DNA of 63,928 bases, counting the filler, from Intoshia linei (taxonomy: Eukaryota > Animalia > Orthonectida): assembly GCA_001642005.1 (NCBI GenBank). It is 6 parts of 6 records of this genome, joined end to end, with 100 filler letters (N's around TTAATTAATTAA, not from the genome) between each part and the next. Parts side by side here need not be neighbours in the genome. Positions count along the whole stretch, not along the records: positions 1 to 17,649 come from LWCA01000802.1; 5 more parts are not named here. One strand, given 5' to 3'. Under the pieces are notes generated by a model. The model was not told the origin of the DNA. It searched no databases and was given only the letters and a program-made list of their open reading frames with translations. The first letter of the stretch is position 1; the number at the start of each line of letters is the position of its first letter. The position numbers and the translations under genes are program-made. Positions 1 to 12,678 of this stretch are shown one piece after another.

Positions 1-470
1 CAAAAATTGAAAATGTAAATATTGATCCTACAATTTCAAAAAAAATGTTTATTGTACGTCTATACATTTGCAATGAAGACATATGGGTGAAAATCTATAT
101 AATTCATTCCTTCGGAATTTTTTTTATTGCTACGCAATTTTTAAACTTCAAATTTTCATTTTTAAAAAATTTTGTAAACTTTAATAAATATATGACACTA
201 CAGCAACGTAATATAAAATATAAAATTAAATTTATACTAACTGAAACGTTATTTTTTTTATTGATAATTGTTACAAATTTAACATAAAATGGTAAAAAGA
301 AAAACTACATTCAGTAGCTAACAGTCCAAAATAATGAAAATGAGACGTCTCAATGAGTCTCAAAAATAACATGATTTTCGAAATAGGTAAGACAACAATT
401 GTTTTTTTAATTAATCATCATACTGTATTCATTCTGATTTACATTTAGGAAAATTTTTTAAATGTAAAAC
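1..470 (+). repeat. Copy of the Helitron-like family (distal part)
   Basis: Reverse complement of about 57045-57476. Confidence 0.8.
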
Positions 471-2358
471 TCAATACTATATATATTATCACATTGAAAA
501 TGACAAAATAGGTTTTTATAATTTTATTTTTTTTAGAATTTATGCTATTTATGACAATTTTTAGGATTCGACTGTTTTTATTTATAATGTTATACACACA
601 TTCTATTTAATAAATTAAAAAAATGGGATAACAATTATTTTTAAAACTGTATAGGCGTGTTTTAAAATAAAATAGTTGTATAATGGTGTTTATGTAATTG
701 CACAGTAGTTCGTTTCTGAATCCACAACACTTTAACTAATATGGGGCCTACAATTTTTATCTGACCCTGTTCACTGTCTGCTCTCCACGGTCCTGTTTTG
801 CTTTGATAATTTGGTTTCATTGAAATGGATCGTTTGTGTGTGGAATAATTGCATTTAAATACACATTAAACCGTTTAAAATGTTTATCTAAGGGCGTCGT
901 TGTCAAAAATCAAACATTATACATAATTATTATTGACACACGTCATAACTAAACCAAGTTAATTAAATTTGCAATTAAAGTTAATCATGCAACTATTAGC
1001 CGGAAATGATTTAATAAAATGGTATTGACATTAATAGACAAAATATTTATATATACTTCATCAAATAAATTCTAAAGGATTGAATGTACCCTGAGGGCAT
1101 TAGCATTTATAAAAATCTGGCAACAATATTGCGTGTCACGTGTAATTAGTAGTAGAATAAATAGTGTTAAGTATTTATTTAGCAATGTGAGCCGGCAATT
1201 TAGTAATTGCTGGATATTAAACAAATTTACACACTTAAATTTTGAAATTCATCACTTCATTCAGATTGTCTGAATTTAGTCAACTTAGCATGTATAGATA
1301 AAATTTAAAAGTAAATCAGATAACCAGTTGTATTAATTACTTGTCATATTCTTAAATAAGCAATATTAATACAATTGTAAATTAAGACTACATTAGATTA
1401 GTATAATACGGCAATCACCAATGAAACATCATGCCTTTATCGAAGCAATCTAAAATAATCAGTAAATGCCTACACATTCTGCAATACTCATTGTTAGCAT
1501 ATCTGTAATTGTTTGCGTGTGTCAATCCAATATCAATCATGTGCAATGCACAATGCATTACTCCGATTTGCACATTATGCGCATGATTCATATTTATACA
1601 ATTGAAATAGGCGTTTCTAAATTATATTTATCAATAAGTCATAAACACATTATCATAAGTAGTTAATAGAAAAAATTTATGTAGATATGTCCAAATCATT
1701 CAAATCTAGTCGGTACTAACTAATGCACTTGTTTAATTATAATTTCTTTGTTTACAGGTCGATATTGATATTTAATATGATTTATTCAAATTTAATGAAT
1801 TAATTAGGAATTCATTTCAATTAATATTCAAATTTATAATCATCTAAATTTAAAATTCAAAAAGTAAAATTCAAGATTAATATACAAAGAATTACAACAA
1901 CAACAAATTTTGAAATATTTAAAGTTAAAACATTGATATTGTGCAGACATTTAACGCAATGTAATTTATTTTCACAAATAACGCAACATCGCAATTTCAG
2001 GTACAGAATAAATAGCAAACAACGCACTGTCGGTAATTGATTATGCGTAGTAATTTAATTTAATTTACAACTCATAATTTCACTTGTGAATAATCAGACG
2101 GCATCTTTTAAAGTTTCCTAGAGGATGGAGCGTATAGTCTGCTTTTTGTATACCATTTGTCATAATTTGATGCATTCCACTCAATTGATTTACATAAACA
2201 TGTCTCTATGAATACTTTTATCTTGCTAATTTTTTTATTACTGAATATGTGTCACGCCTAGATTATTCCACATATGGCTTTCAATTTTCATTTAGATTTT
2301 GAATTAATTTACGAATGAATTGTTCAACTATACTTTTTGCATTTGATCGGAATAATTA

Positions 2359-5300
2359 ATGATGATGACAAGTTATATTTTTTGTATTGGTTTTGCAACC
2401 ATTTTTCTCATTACAGGTAACATTAATTACAAAATTTATATTTAGAGTATTTGATAATTATAATTGTTATTTGCTTAACTAATAAATTTAGAATGTGCCC
2501 ATTTTATAAAAAATCCACGGAATATTACAGCTTACATAGGAGACACAGTGACAATGCATTGCCGATTGGGTGATGTAAATCAAAACGATATTGTTACCTG
2601 GAATACATTTGATAATGGAACATTTGAAACAAAACGCCCTTATTTAGACAGTCCCAATGAACTTGAATATTGGGATACTCATTTACTCCAAGAACAACGA
2701 GCATTTTACGTCGACGACTATCCTTTCATTTCAGGCATGTTTTTTATTTTCACAAGCTTACTTTCTTACTGTCTCGTTCATTTTCTACAGCTGTAGAAAA
2801 TGGAGCTCTCTAACTCATAGTTTTTAGTATCCATTTGTACTCACGAAATCTAATTAAATTGACCGCAGGTTTGACCCAATTTATATTTCATGTTTATTTC
2901 ATATTCAATTAAAATGTAAATTGTAATATTCAATAGAATTTTACATTCAAATCAATTTATTATTGTTTTTTGACATTTAATTATTTTAATTAATTAAATA
3001 TGAAAAAGGAAAATGAATCATATAAGGCGTATATCCGGGAATTATTGATTGAATCGATTTTATATAATTTTATTTTAGGAATATTTGACATACGAATTCA
3101 AAATGTATCTTTCCGTGATCAATTTGGATATGTCTGCATGGATAATATGGCTCAAAGTATGAGTTCAGTCGGATGGCTACAAATCGTTGGTAAATTTTTA
3201 AATAAAATGTACTTTTCACATTTTTCTTTTTTTAAACTCGTCACAAGTCTATTTTTATTTTTACTACTTTTTGAAAAATGTGACGGTAATGAAATATACA
3301 TGATGCAATTGACAGCTGTACCCATTATTCCATTGTACTAATCGGTACAAATTACACTTGGTATTATCGGCAAATTTATGAATTTTCAATAATCGGCAAT
3401 TTTGTCACATTTTTATCTTTTATTATATTGATTTACAATCAATTACACTTGGGCGTTATTTTAAATTATACATTTCACAATGGATAAAATTGTTCAAAAC
3501 TAAATAATATCGTTTTTACTCGAAAGTACTCGGAACAATTTAATTTAACTGTTGACAAAACTCGGTTGTATTCATTTATTTTTATCAGTACTGTTTACAA
3601 ATTAAATTTATTGTGATGACTCAATAGTAAACAGTTAAACTATTATAAAACTACTATGCAAATGACAATTTGGATTATCCACCTAATAAATATAATGGTC
3701 AGTATTTTTATTATCAATTCATTAGAACCGTCGAATTGATTTCTACGAATTAGATCAATATAATCAATATTTTATGAAATGATTTAATGTTTTGAACTTA
3801 TTTGGTCGTTGTTTAGATTTGGAAAGGTTGGAAATTTTTCAACATTGATCTTTTACAACAGGAAACGGTAAATAAGTCTAAAATTACATATTATGAACAT
3901 ATTTTTGACCAAACCCTTGAAGAATAATTTTTATATCAAATCTTACATGGTAGGTATTTTTCATTAAATTTTTGAATGGTAATCTTTAATTATTTTTTTA
4001 CAAAACTCGAAATTTAAGCTTTAAATTTACAAAAATTTTACTCTAATGTAATTATTCATGAACAGTGATTTAATGTTGTGGAAGAATTTAAAATTTAATT
4101 TTTACACCATTTAACCCTTCCACTTATTTACTGTAAATATTTAAATTTTATGTTATGCTTTTATTTATTTTAGTAACTTAGATTGAAAATTTTGATGAAT
4201 TACCGTAATTTAGAAAAATAACATGGAACACGTTGAAAATTTAAAATTTAATATCAATAAATTAGTTTTAAAATAACTAGAGCCCAGTCCTATCTAAAAA
4301 TTAAAACAGGATGATGTAATATAGACGAAAATTTATAATATAAACAAATTTATAAATAGGACCACTGAAATCAATTTCAATTTCTATGTTATCAACAATA
4401 TTCACATTTTCAATTGCATCTTCCCCCTCGTCAATAGCTCTCAAAACGCTATTCAATAAAGATCGATTAGGGTTGGGCATTAGAACTATAAATGTATATA
4501 ATTTATTGTAAATATTCATATTACCAAATAAATAGCACGGTATACTTTTTATAAAAAAATATTTTTCTAACAATGTAAATCAAAAATAAATTGTATCTAT
4601 AGCTTGAGTTTTCAATTATCTAGTTCGCGTGAGTGTAAATTATAAAATTTAATCTAACATCTGTTGTAAAAAATTAAATTATTGAAAAAAAACATGTGAA
4701 AACACAAATAATATAATTAAAATTAAGTTTTATGTCATACATCTCGGCTTGACAGATATTTAAATAATTTAATGTCATTTCAATTGAAAACGGAATTGTT
4801 CAAAGTTGTATCGAGTTGTCAACAGTTAAATTAAGTTGTTCCGAGTACATTCGAGTAAAAACGATATTATTTAGTTTTTAACAATTTTATCCAATGTATT
4901 TAAATAATTAAAATTTTTCAATATCATTATTTATGTTTATAATTAATTTATACGTTTAGTTGATCCAATTGAGGTAGTTATTAATAAACCAAAAATTTTA
5001 ATAACTCGAGAAAATGAACCTGTTAATTTGGGTTGTTCTATAATTTCGAAACCTTCTGTTCCTTTGGAATGGGTTCAACTTTTTAAAAATAAACAGGATA
5101 ATTTACAAAATTTTCAATTGAAAAGAAATCATCATCGAGATGTTTCAATGAATACAATTGATCGCAATGGAATTGTGACTAACACTATTAATAGGACATT
5201 TATTCCTAATGAATCTGATCATAATTCTCACTTTCTTTGCAGAACAAAAAATCAATTATTAAAGTCAAAAATTCTTGTTTATGTCTTGTGTAATTTTTTT

Positions 5301-8300
5301 CAATTTTATTTTATTTATTATTTTTTTAGATAAACCAAAAATACAAATTATAACATCACCGCTTTATGTAAATACGACAACATTTGTTACAATTTATTGC
5401 AAGGCTAAAGCCAATCCGGAACCTTTTAAATATGAGTAATTTTAAAATTTTTATTTGTGCAACCAATTACAAAGTCAATTAATCAATTATGAACATGTTC
5501 AAAGGTTAAAAGTCTGAATTCGCGTGTTGTATCAAGTTATTTTACAATGTACTAATTCACTAACCAGTATAATGTTTATATTTTACATTTCATGTAAATT
5601 TTATTTGCACCATCACAATCAAAACCTGAAAAGTATTGTGGAATTCGGTTAACTAAAATTTTTGAATTTACAATATTAAATTTAATTGAAATTTAGAGGT
5701 TTCAATCTCAGAAATTAACTTTTCCCGTTTTTACCATTATCAAATCAGTATTCGACTAAATTCTACCTATATTATATATTTTTAGTTGATTCGATAATAA
5801 TTTTAGGTGCAATGACGGTTTGTGCAGTTTTATGTTTAAGAAACAATTTTATACATGTATATTACGCGTATTTGTTAGTTACAGAATTATTAATTCAAAA
5901 TATATCGATGGCGTAATTAGAGTAGTAGAAATGTACTTAGGGTCATAAATTAGAAAGAGGCAACAGGATAACTATTAATTTGAGAAACTTTGACGCATTT
6001 AATTTAAAATTAAACTTAAAACGTTTCATACCAAATCTTTTATTTTTTTTAACTTAATTTCTGTTAAATTTTTCTTTTAAAAAAATTATGCTCATACAAA
6101 AATGAAACCGTTTTTGTAGTCATAAAATCCTAGTATATAAAATACAGTCATTTTGAAGTATATAGATTTTCACCCATATTTCTTTATTGGAAATGTGTAG
6201 AAGTTCAATGCATATTTTTTTTAAATTGTAGGATCAATATTTACATTTTCAATTTTTATTTTAATCGAAATATTTGAAAAATAATGGTTGAAAATATATT
6301 AAAAATTATTTTTCACTGGGAATGCGTAGATTTCTGGGGTTGAAATTTTGTATTTATATCAACTGGAATAAGCTCTATCAGAATAATCTTTTTTTTTAAT
6401 TTTCGGACTGTTAATTATTTCACATTTTTTGTTTTAATAAAATATTTCGGAAAAAAAATATATGAAAACTAAAACGCTTTTTTGACCGTGAAGGCGTCAC
6501 TTATTCAATTTGAAATTTTTTTTGTGTGTTAACAGGATACAACTGTACCACCTGTTAATTTTTTTAAATTATAGAGCTGTTTTCATTAAAAAAAAGGGTA
6601 ATTTGGGGTTTTGGCCATAAAGATATATTTTTTTAAATTCTCGAACTCGTTTGATTTTCAAATAAAGGACAATTGGGATATTTGATTCATAAGATGTGAG
6701 GTTGAAATTTATCTTACTAAAACTGGAAAAAACTAATAGAAATGTGGACTTTATAAAATTCTTGTAGTAATTTTTTGATTCATCTGTGAAATATTGACTT
6801 TTTGCACTTATACTTGCCTTTGGACTATATTTTTAGTCCCGCGAAATTTGTAAAATTTATTTTTGGCCCTCATTCGCCATCTTTTTGGACCACCCTGACA
6901 TAACTTATGACATTCAAGAATATTATTTTCTAAATGATAAATTTGGTAAAAGGACGGGACATTTTACAAAAAATTTATAGCCCCTCAGAGATTGGCTCGG
7001 AATACGGTAGGTTCGGCTCTGGTGCAGTAGCGGCTCTAGGTAAGTATTTATTCTGTCTCCTAAAATATTTTAATTTGTATATTTACATTTTGTAAAATTA
7101 AAAAAATTTTCTAGGATTCATCAAATTTATGACGGTTTATTGAGTTATGTTTGTTATCATTGTTTACGTTTTATGTATATTAATTTGTTATCGGAGTTTA
7201 AGTTAAATTATCGGACTTAATATATTGATAATCGAAAGAGAAGTTGCCCGAAAATGTCGATTTTGATGTAGTTGTTGAAAAATTTAGTAGAATAAACTAG
7301 AAAAAAATAGAACAAACAGAGGGATATAAGTTTTTAACTAAATTAACTACTGAAATTATAAAAAGGACAAAATTTAAAACAGTTCTTTCTCGAATTCTTT
7401 AAAATTCCACGAGTATTCTTTTGGACCATGTTCGTTTGTAACAAGGATATAAGATAAAAAACAATTTGCATCCCTTTACAAATATTCTTTAATTTAAATA
7501 GTGCGGATATTTTTTAAAAAGTTTTAAAATGTAGTGTCATACAATTTGTATAATGTTTTTTATGTGTTTTTTTTTAACTTTTCAAATTTTTAATAATTTT
7601 GATTTCTATAAACACAATACATTTAAATTTTATGACATGTATTGAATTGAGATCAAAGGTTATTTATATTTTTAAATTTTCAATACAAGTTATGTAAAGT
7701 CGTTTTGTGATATTTAAAACATTTATTATGATTTATTTTTGGTTTTAAACTATTTTTAATATAAAGAAATCTTAAATATTTAACTATCAAAAATTTAGAT
7801 GGTTTATTAACGAAAAAATTGTCAATGGAGTCAGCAGTACAAATTATAAAATTGGGTACCCTAAACGTGGCGAAAATGGATTAAAAATTGGTTGCAAAGT
7901 AGTTAATAAAATTGGAGAATCCATCAAATCAACTACATTGAATGTATCATGTAATTTTATATTTTTTATAAATTGTGTTAAATAAGGCGTATAAATAAAC
8001 GTATCTAATGTTGAATTGTCTTGAGACTGAAATTAAGTATTCTCATTGTGAATAAAAATTTTTCCGTATCAAATATATTCAAGTAGTTTTATGGATACTT
8101 GATAATTGATTATATATTTTTGAGAGCTTTTCAAATATCTTAAAATGCTATGCATTAGATTTTAAAATATTAATTAAAATTGATTTAATCCACGATTTAG
8201 ATGCACCTATACTGATTCAAAACACTACAATAACAATTGGAACAGATTTGGGATTATCAACAACGTTACATTGTAATGTAGATTCAAACCCTAAACCTGA

Positions 8301-9820
8301 AATATCGTGGTATAAAGGATCAGTAAACGTTGTAAATTTGGATCAAAAACCAATAGGTCATTTTGAAATTTTCAAAATAGATAAAACTATGGAAAGAGAT
8401 TTTGGATTTTATACGTGTGTTGCAGTCAACCAAAATTTTAAACCACTTTTTGTACACTTTAGACTTATTAAAAAAGGTAAATTAATTTATTTTTAATTTA
8501 CAATTTTAATAAAATTGTAGGTCCACCGTTAATTTTTTCCATGAATGCATCGGTTGAATTAGACAAGACAATTTTGAAATGTATAGTAGAATCAATTCCT
8601 CGCTCTACTGAACTTTTAATGAAAAAATCCAGCAATGATCATGATCCCATTGTCTCCACTGAGTAATTTTTATCGAAATTTAAACTATTTTTTAAATTAA
8701 CCAACACTTAGTTAATAGTACTTTTATTAAAAATTTATTTTAGTTATACTGAAATACGAAAGTACATTGGAAATTATGTGGAAGTTTTAGAAATTGAAAT
8801 CAATAGCAATGACATTGAATCCAGCAGTATTTATAATTGTTCAGCAAAGAATCATTATGGAAGTGTCTATAAAACTATGCAATTGTCCAGTAGTACATTT
8901 ATAGAAAATTGGACCTATCAACTGATTATTTTGTTCGGTATCATAATAACGGTCATTATTGTTGTATTTATTGGGACTGTGATTTTTATTCGTCGATACA
9001 GGAAACGAAGTAATTTCTTTTTAAATTGAAATATTTTTAATTTAGATTTAGAAGCTTACCAAAACTCTTCCAATTCAAATCAGACTGCGACAAATAGTTC
9101 TTCGACTGATAATGCAAACACTTTGGTTAAAAACTGGAATCAATATGAACTTAAAAATGACAGTGGTGCTTACTCTGAAACACCTCCGTTGACTAAATAT
9201 TTTTGTAATCTTCCATCGGTATGTCAAAATTTAACACCATGTGGAAAGATGATGGAGACTTTTTCATTTTCAGATTCAAAAACTATGCCACCTAGAATTA
9301 GGCCTATGGGGTAATTTTATTATTTATTATAAAATATTATATAGTGAATCAATACATTTATTTTGTGTTACTTTTTCAAATTTAAAGTATCAAAAATGAA
9401 TTAATTTAAAAAAGTTTTTCAGTGTATAAGCCAAAAATCTAACAAATTAAAATAAAAAATCACGGAACGATTTAAAAGTATTTAAATTGACACCATTTTA
9501 TCGTGGAATCTTGACGTGTTAAATATTGTATTTATTAAGATTTGGTAGTAATTTGGTGGAGTTGTAGTCCTGTTGTTGAAAATTACTAACCATTTTTTAG
9601 AGAACATGCAATTGAATTTATTGCTCCTCGATTCAGATCTCAACATGCGGAATATGCTGTCCCACATGTCAGTGCATCTATAGATAGGAACTTTACACCC
9701 AAAAATATTTATCATGTATCCAATTTACCAACATTACCTCCTCCAACCTTTGAATCTCAATGCGAATCTATTTCACCTCAGGATCAATACGATAATTCTC
9801 ATTTATCCACAAATGTTTAA
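2359..9820 (+). CDS. kirre: Kirre/IrreC/Neph1/SYG-1 family IgSF cell-adhesion protein (signal peptide, 5 Ig domains, TM, PDZ-binding tail)
   Basis: Manual splicing gives one frame over exons 2359-2416, 2492-2734, 3079-3189, 4960-5289, 5330-5435, 7799-7950, 8201-8476, 8521-8662, 8744-9009, 9046-9310, 9601-9820. Motifs CKAKANP..EWFINE, CKVVNKIGES..LNVSYAP, CNVDSNPKPEISW, KKGPP and YNCSAKNHYG follow Kirre/Neph1 Ig3-5. TM is LIILFGIIITVIIVVFIGTVIFI. C-terminus STNV* compares with THV* in the family. Confidence 0.9.
3482..4892. mobile_element. Non-autonomous DNA transposon with about 80-bp TIRs (GG..CC) and 3-bp AAT TSD, in kirre intron 3
   Basis: 3482-3564 (GGATAAAATTGTTCAAAACTAAATAATATCGTTTTTACTCGAAAG..) is the near-perfect reverse complement of 4812-4892. 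AAT lies at 3479-3481 and 4893-4895. Confidence 0.85.
6160..6765 (-). repeat. Copy of the Helitron-like family in kirre intron 5
   Basis: Collinear with 20370-20975 and 57380-58060. Confidence 0.8.
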
Positions 9821-11324
9821 TTTGGCCAGTCAAATCATTGTATAAATTTTCCAAAATTAAATATATCAAAAATTTGTAAATAAATAAAAGACGTAAATAT
9901 TATTACATTTTAATTTTATCGAAAATTTAACGACCCAATCGGAAACTAAATATTTTCAAAATTGTGTTATGCTTTTGGTAATAATGTGACCAGTAAAATT
10001 TACTATTTTATGGACATTGTCCAAAATTAGCAGCATTAAGTACATGGTATGAATCCATTAATTTAAAAAAAATTTCGTGATCTCTGGTATCTAGAAAACT
10101 AGTTTTATAGAAAATTTCCATTTAAGAATTCCACATCGTTGAACACTATAATAAATTGAGATTTATCGTTTCCATTATTTTGGAATATTTAGTTGTTCCC
10201 TTAGTGCAGAGAAGTAGTTTAATTAATGTAATTAATTTTAGGCTATCAATGATATCCCATCATCATAATTGGGTCTTTCGTATTTTAGATCCAATAGTTT
10301 GAAGATTTTATATAAACTTTATTGAAAAACTAAAATTTTGTTTCTTTGTTAACAATATACATCAGTGAGCAAAAGTTGTTTTAGTGTATAAATAGACAAG
10401 ATAAAAATTTACACTTGACGTATTTTCTAATTTTATCGATAATTCATTTCCAATTGTTATAAAATTGTATTTTATACTAAAAATAATATTGATAAATTTA
10501 ATTTTTAATCAAATACCAAGAAAGTGCAGAAAAAGGAATGACAATTAATCAATGAATTAAAAAATACATAATTAATGTTTAATTGTTACAATACGCTTAA
10601 ATAATTACATTATATTATAACAATCTATATAAGATTTGAAATCTAAAATAAAAACTTATTTAAAAAAATGTATTCTTCCTTATCGATAATACTTTGCTAC
10701 ACCGGGGCTGAACATCTCTATTTATAACTATCTATACACACCTTTTTGGAAAAAAACATCTGCCGGTTGCACAATGGACATACCTTAAAATGTAAGGCTT
10801 ATATGAACTCATTAGACCTATTCACAAATAAAATAAATTAAAATAAGAAAAACTGAATTGTTTGCAAAAAGTTATGCTTGCTTTAATGTTTTTAGTTGCC
10901 ATATAGAAATTTTCCAAATTAAAATCATCTAAACGCGAAATATCCATGCTCATTATAAAAAGTACGATAAATTCAATAAATTATAATTTAATTTGGTGGT
11001 TTTATGACAATATTTATTTTTTCAATAAAGTTTATATAAAATCTTCAAACTATTGGCACTAAAATACGAAAGACCCTCATAATTATCTATTTTATAGAAA
11101 AAGTCATAATAGATAATATTATTATTATAATGACTGAATCATTTTTTTCCAGTGTAAAATTTAAAGTCTTGTAATATGAATAAAATACTGTACATAAATG
11201 TTATGACATCATTGTTGCCATCTGACTGTTACGAATGATTGACCACAGCAACAATACATTCATGAACTAAAAACATTCAGACAGTAAATTTATTGATAAC
11301 GCTATTGTATTACATAGCACAACA

Positions 11325-11418
11325 GGCGCGACATTTAAAATAACAGTATAAATAACTATGGTGTTTCCAAAAACAATATATTATTTGGCGCAACCTTTGA
11401 CTAGCTATCCATTTCAAA
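11325..11418 (+). promoter_or_regulatory. Candidate E2F / CDE-CHR cell-cycle promoter elements upstream of Myb
   Basis: GGCGCG-aca-TTTAAA at 11325-11339; exact E2F consensus TTTGGCGC at 11384-11391; TTTCAAA (reverse of CHR TTTGAA) at 11412-11418. All are within 160 bp of the ATG. Confidence 0.5.
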
Positions 11419-11482
11419 TGTTATATTGAGTTTGCGACTGCAAAAATTAATGCAAGATCATATTAAAAGTTAAAAATAAAAA

Positions 11483-12606
11483 ATGGACAATTCAAAACAC
11501 ATAAAAAATGCTCGAACGCCATTTAAAGAAATTGAAAACATTCCAACATTTAGTAATGCAAAAAAAATTAAAATTGAAAATGGAAATCAATTTACAAGAC
11601 TTAAAGGAAAGAGAGGTACGTGGTCATTAGAAGAAGACCGATTATTGACGAAAATTGTTAAAATGTACAATGTTAACAACTGGTCTTCAATAGCCAAAAA
11701 TTTAGTAAGTCGAACAGGGAAACAGTGCCGCGAGAGATGGCACAATCATTTATCACCAAATGTTGCTCGATTACCGTGGACTGAACAAGACGATTTATTT
11801 ATTGTTCACACGCAAATGTGCTTGGGGAATAAATGGGCTCTCATAGCCAAATCTATGCCAGGCCGAACCGACAATTCAATCAAAAACCATTGGAATTCAA
11901 GTATAAAAAAAAGATTGACTGACTTACAAAATAAAGCTAAAGAAATCATTAGAACTGGAGGGACAATTTTACCTTCTGAAGTACCTGATAGTTTCAAAAG
12001 ACAATTAAAAATGGGACTAGCTGTCCCAGAAAGAAATTCTGACTATGGAAAAAAAAAAAATGAAACCTGTAAAACGCCACGTCAAACTAGCTCACTTAAA
12101 AAAATAAAACCTAAACCAGAAGACAAAGAAGAATTACCTAAAAATCCATTAAACCAAGAAAACATTTCATGCATGGAACGTTTTGCAAATGTCTTTATTA
12201 ACGAATTGGACGCCATTTATTCATTTTCCGAGAGGTTTTTAGTTGAAAAATTTTTATATCATTTTTTAGAGCTAGAATAAAAGATTTACTCATCAATAAA
12301 CCTTTCGAACCAACATACCAATTGTCTGATCGAAATACTACCGTTACGAAACCAGACGAAAATAATAAAATGTATATTCTTGTTAACGTTGATAAGGTAT
12401 TTTTATTTTTTTTAATTAATCATAATAATCGAAATTTTTAGTGCAAATGTTTCTCTGTTGGTTGCCGGAAATGTAAAATTTGTAACAAGTGTATTTCTCA
12501 CTTTACTTATAATCTTACATCGCCAGATAAACTCTACAATTTAGAATTGCATCTGCATTGTAAACCTAAACCAAAACCCAAAGTACCATTGCTTAAATTT
12601 ATTTAA
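11483..12606 (+). CDS. Myb: Myb-family transcription factor with only R2R3 repeats and a Cys-rich C-terminus
   Basis: KRGTWSLEED..RTGKQCRERWHNHLSP and PWTEQDD..GNKWALIAKSMPGRTDNSIKNHWNS match c-Myb R2 and R3. Exons 11483-12234, 12270-12396, 12442-12606 (35- and 45-nt introns) extend the frame past the ORF-track stop. The 3' exons are less certain. Confidence 0.88.
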
Positions 12607-12678
12607 ATTAGATTAAATTAATACCTGGTTGTACATACTTTTAATGTTTTTAAGATGAAATAAATATTAATTTATAAT

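Noticed and set aside
45-287. Short hydrophobic ORFs (also 20774-20977, 21785-22051, 26786-26974, 57922-58107, 51926-52150)
   Set aside because: They lie in repeat copies and show the F/I/L/K/N bias of AT-rich non-coding DNA.
11806-11997. Antisense ORF in Myb (likewise 23440-24618 in ACSBG, 35829-36643 in hAT, 46948-47136 in Twinkle, 41577-41994 in the SUEL gene, 9482-9715 in kirre)
   Set aside because: Shadow frames of real coding sequence, with no motifs.
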